A DNA stretch of 27,275 nt from Candidatus Hermodarchaeota archaeon (GTDB lineage Archaea > Asgardarchaeota > Hermodarchaeia > Hermodarchaeales > Hermodarchaeaceae): assembly GCA_016840065.1 (NCBI GenBank), contig JAEOTB010000007.1, positions 1-27,275 on the forward strand, in the 5' to 3' direction. Of the stretch, positions 18,567 through 26,024 are shown one piece after another (position 1 is the stretch's first letter; every line of letters starts with the position of its first letter). A program made the position numbers and the translations under genes. The notes under the pieces are model-generated. The model did not search any database and was not told the DNA's origin. It worked only from the letters and a program-made list of their open reading frames with translations.

Positions 18567-20165
18567 GTGATATCTCTAAAGGCGCTTGTAAAACCAGTCT
18601 ATGACAGGCTATGCACGCCTGTTTTAAAGCGTCTAGAGGATGTTGCAGCTGCACAGGAGGAGCGATTGCGAAGGGTAGTGAAGCGCTGCAAGAACACCCT
18701 GTACGGTAAAAAGTACCGATTCTCCGATATCAAATCAATCAAGGACTTCCAGCAAAACGTTCCATTCAGTAATTTTGAACGCATGCAGCCCTACATTCTT
18801 CGCTGCACCAGAGGCGAGCAGAATATCCTCTTCCCCGATAAGATTCTGATGTTTATAGCTACGTCCGGGACGAGCGGCACAGCGAAGTACTATCCGCTGG
18901 GAGAACAACGAGTGAAAGAAATCCTTCTCGAATTCAGTCAACTTGGCCTCTTCTTTGTAGCCCATACAGGGCACTATGATATCATGGATGGTGCGTCGTT
19001 GGTTGTGAGGGCTGCACCACGCTTGAAACAGATGATTGGTGAATACGAGGTGGCCCACTTAGGCGGAGCCTTCTCAAGTTTTCCGCTTCCAGGACGGTTG
19101 CAGGCACTTGGTAACTTTCGGATAGCTGCAGGGGATAGGTTAATCCCGCCTCAAGAAGTCGTAGAGCTACGGGACTGGGAGAGGAAGGCGTATCTTACGG
19201 CTAGGCATGCTGTGGCGGCAGATATCCGTATGATCGGGGGTGTAACGTCCAAGTCGGTTGGACAACTAATCACCACCCGCAATGACTACTTGGACCGCCT
19301 GCTTTCAGACCCAGAACTTGATGAAAAGACCAAGGCCAAGCTTCGAAGAGTGTCTTCTGAAGGTAGAATAGACTTACAGGAACTCTGGCCTAATATCCGC
19401 GCGGTGTTTACGGGAGGTGTATCGATAACGCCTTTTCGTCGGATTTTACGCGACCTTCTTGGAGATGTGACAATCTGGGAGTCCTATTGGGCAAACGAAG
19501 CAACAATGGGTTCTCAAATCTTCCCAGATAAGGGTCTTATTCCTGAGATTAGCCATACTTTTTTCGAGTTCATCCCATACGACGACGCAGAGGCAGAGCC
19601 AATCCTGCTATGTGACGTGAAACGCGACACACAATACCGTGTTTTAGTTACCAATACTGCCGGGTTTTATCGATTTGAACTCGGAGATATAGTGACCTTC
19701 TCTGCCTTGGACCCACCAGTCTTTGGGGAAATCAGTCGAGGAAGCGCACTCATAGACATTGTTCAGGAAAGGATGAGTGAGTCGCTGTTTCTCCGAGTAC
19801 TTGACCGGGCTTGTGAGCAGTTCAGAACCAGCTTTGTGGATTTTGCTATTCTTCCTGAAATGACCACCGACGTTGTTCGTCATGTTCTTTTCATCGAATT
19901 CACCACCCCTCCAGATGATTTGGAGAAGTTCACGGATGCCGTCGACCTGCGCCTTAAGCGAGCTAGTTTTGCCTATTATACAAAACGGAAGCAGAGAGCC
20001 TTACACCGCCCAGCTATTATCCCTGTACAACAAGGCGGGTTCAATGCCCTGATACGAAAACTTGGTAGAGATTCAGTGCAGGGTAAGGTTACACGTCTCC
20101 TAACCCCTGAAACCAGCCGATTGATACCTAAATTAAAACCATCGAGGAAAGGGTTAAAGATTTAA
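18567..20165 (+). CDS. GH3-family acyl-acid amido synthetase, paralog 4
   Basis: ATSGTSGTAK / YWANEA / FYRFELGD / GKVTR. GTG start. Confidence 0.92.
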   Translation: MISLKALVKPVYDRLCTPVLKRLEDVAAAQEERLRRVVKRCKNTLYGKKYRFSDIKSIKDFQQNVPFSNFERMQPYILRCTRGEQNILFPDKILMFIATSGTSGTAKYYPLGEQRVKEILLEFSQLGLFFVAHTGHYDIMDGASLVVRAAPRLKQMIGEYEVAHLGGAFSSFPLPGRLQALGNFRIAAGDRLIPPQEVVELRDWERKAYLTARHAVAADIRMIGGVTSKSVGQLITTRNDYLDRLLSDPELDEKTKAKLRRVSSEGRIDLQELWPNIRAVFTGGVSITPFRRILRDLLGDVTIWESYWANEATMGSQIFPDKGLIPEISHTFFEFIPYDDAEAEPILLCDVKRDTQYRVLVTNTAGFYRFELGDIVTFSALDPPVFGEISRGSALIDIVQERMSESLFLRVLDRACEQFRTSFVDFAILPEMTTDVVRHVLFIEFTTPPDDLEKFTDAVDLRLKRASFAYYTKRKQRALHRPAIIPVQQGGFNALIRKLGRDSVQGKVTRLLTPETSRLIPKLKPSRKGLKI

Positions 20166-20190
20166 TTACTACAAGACTCGATTTTAGGAC

Positions 20191-21759
20191 ATGAGTTTTC
20201 GGGAAGCGGCTTTCAGACTTGTCCATAAACAGTTATGTCAGCCCTTCCTAGAGAAGCTGAAGGACCCAGGGGCAGCGCAGGAGGCGTGTCTAAGGAAGAT
20301 TCTACACCGCTGCAGAAATACACTCTACGGCAAAGACTACGGATTCGCTGACATCACATCCATCGAGGAGTTCCAGCAAAGGGTTCCCATCACTACCATT
20401 GATTCTATGCAGCCGTATATTGCCCGGTGTGCGAAAGGCGAGCAGAACATTCTCTTCCCTGATAAGATTCTTTGTTTCATAAGGAGCTCTGGAACCACTG
20501 GTGACCCCAAGTACTTCCCTCTAGGTGAATATCGTGTTGGTGAGTACGCACGAGAGAGAGCTAGAGGGGGTCTCTTCTATATTATACATGGTGAGCATTA
20601 CGATTTACTGGACGGCGCAAGTATATTCATACATTCTCCCCCAAAAACGGAAGAGAAGTGTGGCGTGTACGATGTTGGTGTTGCTTCTGGCGCTTTTTAT
20701 GCGGCGTATTCATCGATGACACAGAATCAATGGTTTCTACGGGAGATGGGGAACTCGACAATCCCGACTCCCGAGGTGAATGCGATTCATGATTGGGAGA
20801 AAAAAGTTTACCTCACTGCGCGTCTTGCCGTTGCTGCAGATGTCCGAATGGCCGCTGGAGTAACTGCCGAGGTTGTTTCACTTTTACGAAAAATCAACAC
20901 AGAGTTCTATGACCAGCTGCTCGCTGATCCTGAGCTGGATCCTCAGACGAAAGCTAAGCTGCGATGCGTATCCAAGAACCGGGTTATTAATCTCCAAGAG
21001 CTCTGGCCAAATTTCACAATCTTTTGTGCTAGTAGTGTCTCCGTTACACCATTCAGACGAATCATTCAAAATCTCCTTGGAGATGTGGAAATCTGGGACA
21101 CCTATAATGCTGCAGAGGGGACTGGAGGTCTCCAGATTTATCCAGATGGTGGCATAGTCCCAATAGTCGACCACACCTTCTTCGAGTTCAAACCCACTAA
21201 CGTGGAGGATGCGAAGCCGATTCCAATTAGCGATGTGCAGATTAATACTCCATACCAGATTCTCATGACAAACCATGGAGGCTTCTATCGGTACAAGTTA
21301 GGAGACGTGGTCACCTTTGCCTCCTTGAACCCACCAGAATTCGGAGAAATCACCCGAATGAAGGCGGTACTAAATCTTGTTGGCGAGCGGCTACGAGAGG
21401 AGCTGCTGCTCCGCGCTCTAGATTATGCTTGTCAGCAGCAGGGGACCAGTTTTGTTGAGTGCGCATTGTTACCTGAGGTCACCACTGATTTCACACGTTA
21501 CCAGCTCTTCGTCGAGTTCACCCACGTCCCCAGCGACCTTCAGGAATTCGCAGGCGATGTCGATTCACATCTTAGAAAGGTAAGCATCCGCTTCGATTAT
21601 TCGAGGAAGAGCAATACACTATCACCCATTCTAATTATACCTGTTAGACCTGGAGGCTTTGATACCCTTCTGTTGGAAATGGGTAAGAGTCCTGGAACGA
21701 GTAAGGTTCCCCGACTACTCACGCCTGAACTCAGCCGGCTAATTCCTCTGCTAAAATAA
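20191..21759 (+). CDS. GH3-family acyl-acid amido synthetase, paralog 5
   Basis: RSSGTTGDPK / YNAAEG / FYRYKLGD / SKVPR. Confidence 0.92.
   Translation: MSFREAAFRLVHKQLCQPFLEKLKDPGAAQEACLRKILHRCRNTLYGKDYGFADITSIEEFQQRVPITTIDSMQPYIARCAKGEQNILFPDKILCFIRSSGTTGDPKYFPLGEYRVGEYARERARGGLFYIIHGEHYDLLDGASIFIHSPPKTEEKCGVYDVGVASGAFYAAYSSMTQNQWFLREMGNSTIPTPEVNAIHDWEKKVYLTARLAVAADVRMAAGVTAEVVSLLRKINTEFYDQLLADPELDPQTKAKLRCVSKNRVINLQELWPNFTIFCASSVSVTPFRRIIQNLLGDVEIWDTYNAAEGTGGLQIYPDGGIVPIVDHTFFEFKPTNVEDAKPIPISDVQINTPYQILMTNHGGFYRYKLGDVVTFASLNPPEFGEITRMKAVLNLVGERLREELLLRALDYACQQQGTSFVECALLPEVTTDFTRYQLFVEFTHVPSDLQEFAGDVDSHLRKVSIRFDYSRKSNTLSPILIIPVRPGGFDTLLLEMGKSPGTSKVPRLLTPELSRLIPLLK
21496..21566 (+). repeat. 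71-bp exact repeat, copy A (inside GH3 paralog 5)
   Basis: cgttaccagctcttcgtcgagttcacccacgtccccagcgaccttcaggaattcgcaggcgatgtcgattc, identical to 23167-23237. Confidence 0.92.
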
Positions 21760-21864
21760 GGCGTAATGGACGTTCCATCCTGCAACGGGTGCTAATCCAC
21801 TAGGAGAGCTCTTTGTTCTTACGAAAGTACACATTTATCTTTGACACTACTCTAGAAAAGGTAT

Positions 21865-23427
21865 ATGAGCCTAAGAGATGCAGCGGTTAGACTGTCCTAT
21901 GAGAGGTTGTGCCGACCATATCTGAAGAGGCTGAAGACTCCGACAGCGACACAGGAACGCTATCTACGGAAGGTACTGAAACGGTGTAAGGACACCGTCT
22001 ATGGTAAGGAGTACGGCTTTGCCGACATTAAATCAGTCGAGGAGTTCCAGCGTACGGTCCCCGTCACCACCTACGCAAGTATGGAGCCTTACATCGCCCG
22101 GTGCATGAAAGGCGAGCAGAACGTTCTCTTTCCCGACAAGATTGTATATTTTATGACAACCTCCGGTACTACGGGCGCTCAGAAATACTATCCTTTAAGC
22201 GAGCAACGCGTGAGAGTGTACGCGCATGACGCCGCAAGGAGGACACTCTTCTTCATCGTACATGGTAATCATTTCGATATGATGGATGGCGCGATAATAA
22301 TGCTTCATGCTCCTCTATCCACAGGAGAGAAAATCGGCCCCTATGATGTGGCTCAAGCTTCAGGTGCATTTACCGCAGCGATGGCTGCACACCTACCAGG
22401 CTTAGATTATGGAGTGGGAGAGAATTACCTTGTCATTCCGCCTTTTGAAGTGAACGCGATGACCGACTGGGACAAGAAAATCTATCTTACTGCGCGCTAC
22501 GCTGTTGCCGCGGACGTCCGGATGACTGCGGGGTTAACATCCGTTATGGTGTCGCTTCTCCGAAAAATCAGCACTGAGTTTCATGACCAGCTGCTCGCGG
22601 ACCCAGCACTGGATGCTGAGACGAAGACCAAACTTCGGCGCGTCTCCACAGATGGCATCATCAATCTCCAAGAATTGTGGCCCAACTTCACCCTGTTTGG
22701 TGGTGGTGGGACATCCATTACGCCCTTCCGGCGGGTTATCCGTGACCTCCTTGGAGACGTGGAAATCTGGGACGGCTACGGAGCCACTGAGGCAACAATG
22801 GGGGCTCAAATCTATCCAGACAAAGGTATAGTCTTAACCGTCGATAAGACCTTCTTCGAATTCCAGCCCCTTGAGGAGGGAGCAATTCCTCTACCGCTGA
22901 GCGATGTGAAGACTAATACTCCCTACCAAGTTCTCATTACGAACGATACGGGGTTCTTCCGATACCTGATAGGAGACATCGTCACCTTTGTTGCATTGAA
23001 TCCTCCCGAGTTGGGAGAAATCACTCGCATGAAAACCCTGGTTAATATTGTGGGTGAGCGAATGCGGGAGGAGATGCTCCTTCGCGCGCTAGAGCATGCA
23101 TGTGAACGGCAGGGTACAAGTTTTCTTGATTTCGCGTTGTTGTCAGAGACCACTACAGACGTCACGCGTTACCAGCTCTTCGTCGAGTTCACCCACGTCC
23201 CCAGCGACCTTCAGGAATTCGCAGGCGATGTCGATTCTCATCTCCAGAGCTTAGGTTTTTATTATGAGTTCTTTCGGAAAAGTGGTGCTTTGGGGATACC
23301 CCTCATAATCCCAGTTCAACCCAGGGGGTTTGAGGTGTTGCTACGAACGATGGGCAAAGATCTTGAATCTGGTAAGGTTCCCCGACTATTAACCCCTGAA
23401 CTCAGCCGCATGTTACCTCGCCTCTAG
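21865..23427 (+). CDS. GH3-family acyl-acid amido synthetase, paralog 6
   Basis: TTSGTTGAQK / YGATEA / FFRYLIGD / GKVPR. Confidence 0.92.
   Translation: MSLRDAAVRLSYERLCRPYLKRLKTPTATQERYLRKVLKRCKDTVYGKEYGFADIKSVEEFQRTVPVTTYASMEPYIARCMKGEQNVLFPDKIVYFMTTSGTTGAQKYYPLSEQRVRVYAHDAARRTLFFIVHGNHFDMMDGAIIMLHAPLSTGEKIGPYDVAQASGAFTAAMAAHLPGLDYGVGENYLVIPPFEVNAMTDWDKKIYLTARYAVAADVRMTAGLTSVMVSLLRKISTEFHDQLLADPALDAETKTKLRRVSTDGIINLQELWPNFTLFGGGGTSITPFRRVIRDLLGDVEIWDGYGATEATMGAQIYPDKGIVLTVDKTFFEFQPLEEGAIPLPLSDVKTNTPYQVLITNDTGFFRYLIGDIVTFVALNPPELGEITRMKTLVNIVGERMREEMLLRALEHACERQGTSFLDFALLSETTTDVTRYQLFVEFTHVPSDLQEFAGDVDSHLQSLGFYYEFFRKSGALGIPLIIPVQPRGFEVLLRTMGKDLESGKVPRLLTPELSRMLPRL
23167..23237 (+). repeat. 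71-bp exact repeat, copy B (inside GH3 paralog 6)
   Basis: Identical to 21496-21566. Confidence 0.92.
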
Positions 23428-23491
23428 CGTGACCTTAGGGGCTAATTCTTATGTGAAGCACGGGTAATTATTGTGCTGTAGTGAATCCTCC

Positions 23492-25075
23492 ATGCTGTCA
23501 AGTAAAGCCTTAGTGAAGCTGTTCTATGATCAGAAATGCCGACCTGCTTTGAAGCGGTTAGAGAACCCTGCAGCTGCTCAAGAGAAGTGTTTGAGGAGGA
23601 TACTGAAACACAATAAGGGAACGGTGTATGGCAAGGAACACGGGTTTGCAGAAATAAAATCTATCGAAGAATTTCAGCGGATAATTCCGCTCACATCCTA
23701 TCAGAGTATGGAGCCCTACATTGACCGGTGCAAACAGGGAGAGCAAAACGTCCTCTTTCCAGGTGACATCCTCTACTTTCTAGCTACTGCTGGAACGACG
23801 GGCACGTCGAAAGTTTTCCCATTAGGATGGAAGCGGGTCGAGGAGATTATTCTTGAAGGGGCGCTGATGGGCACCTTCTTTCTTGTCCACACTGGATGCT
23901 ATGAGGTAATGGATGGCTTAATGTTAACCATAGCTGCTCCTCCAAGCACTGGTGAGAAGTTTGGCGATTACGACGTAGCATATCTTTCGGGAGCGATGTC
24001 TAACCTATCTCTTCCCTCTGAGCTAGGGAAATACCAACGCTCCCTTGCAGGGCTAGGCCGCTATCGGGTTCCCCCTAGTGAAGTTGACAGGATTACCGAC
24101 TGGGGGGAAAAGTTCTATCAGACTGCCCGATATGCTGTTGCTGCTGATATCCGATATGCATCAGGTGTCACCGCAAATATGGTTGCGCTTCTGCTCAAAA
24201 TCCACTCTGAATACTATGAGCGCTTACTCGCTGATTCAGAACTGGACAACGAAACTAAAACCAAGCTTAGACGCGTTTCTAAGGACGGTATCATTGACTT
24301 GCGGAAGCTTTGGCCCAATTTCTGTGTATTCGGATCTGGTGGAATGTCTGTCACACAGCACCGACGAATAATACATGACCTTCTGGGGGACTGCTACATC
24401 TGGGAGTCATACTCAACAACCGAGGCCTCCATAGGGATCCAAATCTATCCCGACAAGGGCATAATCCCGGTCGTCGACTTTACCTTTCTGGAATTCATAC
24501 CAGAAGGAGAGAAAACTGGTGAACCGATACCCCTGTGTGATGTGAAGCGACACACCCCTTACAGAATAATCGTGACAAATAATGCTGGATTCTACAGGTT
24601 CGATATAGGCGATATGGTGACCTTTAGTGAATTAGACCCACCAGTTTTTGGGGAAATCAGTAGAAGAACCTCCTTAGTGAATATTGTGGGAGAACGAGTT
24701 AGTGAGGAGATGCTTCTCCGTGCGCTGGAGCAGGCTTGTGAACAGCAGGGAATTGCTTTTGTGCATTTCTCATTGTTACCAGAAGTCACGAAGGAGATTA
24801 CTCGCTATTATATCTTCGTCGAGTTCACACATCCCCCGGAGGATATTGACGAGTTCGTTGGCATTGTTGACACCTACCTGAGAAGTATTGGCTTGTATTA
24901 CGACTCCCAACGTCAAAATGGCGTACTGTCACCACCAGTCATTATCCCTGTGAAACCAGGTGGCTTCGATCTTGTACTCCAGCAATTAGAGAAGGTTCCA
25001 GGGCAAGCCAAGGTTCCTCGACTCATATCACTTGAGCTTAGTAAGCTAATTCCCAGACTAAAAACCGCCAAATGA
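23492..25075 (+). CDS. GH3-family acyl-acid amido synthetase, paralog 7
   Basis: ATAGTTGTSK / YSTTEA / FYRFDIGD / QAKVPR. Start at ATG 23492 by paralog comparison. Confidence 0.92.
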   Translation: MLSSKALVKLFYDQKCRPALKRLENPAAAQEKCLRRILKHNKGTVYGKEHGFAEIKSIEEFQRIIPLTSYQSMEPYIDRCKQGEQNVLFPGDILYFLATAGTTGTSKVFPLGWKRVEEIILEGALMGTFFLVHTGCYEVMDGLMLTIAAPPSTGEKFGDYDVAYLSGAMSNLSLPSELGKYQRSLAGLGRYRVPPSEVDRITDWGEKFYQTARYAVAADIRYASGVTANMVALLLKIHSEYYERLLADSELDNETKTKLRRVSKDGIIDLRKLWPNFCVFGSGGMSVTQHRRIIHDLLGDCYIWESYSTTEASIGIQIYPDKGIIPVVDFTFLEFIPEGEKTGEPIPLCDVKRHTPYRIIVTNNAGFYRFDIGDMVTFSELDPPVFGEISRRTSLVNIVGERVSEEMLLRALEQACEQQGIAFVHFSLLPEVTKEITRYYIFVEFTHPPEDIDEFVGIVDTYLRSIGLYYDSQRQNGVLSPPVIIPVKPGGFDLVLQQLEKVPGQAKVPRLISLELSKLIPRLKTAK

Positions 25076-25260
25076 AAACCTTCAACAGCCCTTCTTAACT
25101 AAATAAAGAGCAGGGCCACCCAATTTCTTTCCAAGAATCCATCTCGGGATTGTGCAGGAAACGAAATTGTATTAAGGACTTCTTTGCACAAGGCGGCAAC
25201 TTTAAATCATTATTGATAATTGTGCCTACCCCTTCAATCTCTTATCTAGGTGTTCATTTA

Positions 25261-26013
25261 ATGCCGAAAGCCAAACCAAAAGCCAAACCGAAACCCAAAC
25301 CAAAACGACGAGTCAAACAACGATTAGCAATACGATGCAAAAACGTGGTAAAGAACTATGAAGACGCCGATGTTATTGTTGAAGTCCTCAAAGGTTTGGA
25401 CTTCGAGGTAAGGACTGGAGAATTGGTCGCTATTGTGGGTGCTAGTGGTAGTGGTAAAACCACTCTCATCAATCTCCTAGCTTGCTTGGACCAGCCAACT
25501 TCTGGTGAAATACAGATAGATGACAAAGTTCTGGGCGGACTCAGCGACGATGAACTCTCTATGATTCGTCGACATAAAATCGGGATAGTATTCCAAGGAT
25601 TCTATCTCCTAGATATCCTCGATGCAAGGGAGAACGTTGAAGTCCCAATGATTTTCGACGAAAGGCCCAAGGATGAGAGAACCAAGCGCGCGCTTGAACT
25701 TCTAGATTTAGTTGGGATGAGGGATTCCGCGGAGCAGTATCCAAACGAGATGTCGGGTGGTCAGATGCAGCGTGTTGCAGTTGCACGCGCACTTGCGAAT
25801 AGTCCAGTGATTCTTCTTGCAGACGAGCCGACTGGAAATCTAGACACTCAAACCGGAACTGAGATTATTCAGCTCTTCCAGGATTTAGCCCACAAATACA
25901 ACATGGCACTAGTTGTAGCGACTCACGACCCTGACGCGGCAAGTGCTGCAGACCGTGTAGTGGTGCTACGCCATGGAAAGCTCCATTCAGAAACCAGCAA
26001 GTATCAAGAGTAG
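25261..26013 (+). CDS. ABC transporter ATP-binding protein, LolD/MacB/FtsE-like
   Basis: Walker A GASGSGKTT, RRHKIGIVFQ (Q-loop), signature MSGGQMQRVAVARAL, Walker B/D-loop ILLADEPTGNLD, H-loop ATHD. ATG 25261 is preferred over the ORF-track start at 25150. Confidence 0.93.
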   Translation: MPKAKPKAKPKPKPKRRVKQRLAIRCKNVVKNYEDADVIVEVLKGLDFEVRTGELVAIVGASGSGKTTLINLLACLDQPTSGEIQIDDKVLGGLSDDELSMIRRHKIGIVFQGFYLLDILDARENVEVPMIFDERPKDERTKRALELLDLVGMRDSAEQYPNEMSGGQMQRVAVARALANSPVILLADEPTGNLDTQTGTEIIQLFQDLAHKYNMALVVATHDPDAASAADRVVVLRHGKLHSETSKYQE

Positions 26014-26024
26014 GTGCAGAGATA

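Noticed and set aside
21496-23237. 71-bp repeat pair as a DGR template/variable repeat
   Set aside because: The copies are identical, with no adenine-specific mismatches. Both lie in homologous coding positions, and there is no reverse transcriptase in the window.
13633-25075. GH3 array as an assembly artefact or a single read-through polyprotein
   Set aside because: The copies are strongly diverged in sequence. Consecutive genes are in different frames, or (5 to 6) separated by an additional in-frame stop.
412-25792. Many short overlapping or antisense ORFs in the track (e.g. 2386..2802, 5413..5742, 10525..10878, 13037..13504, 20884..21276)
   Set aside because: They overlap well-supported genes, show no recognisable motifs, and are best explained as shadow ORFs.
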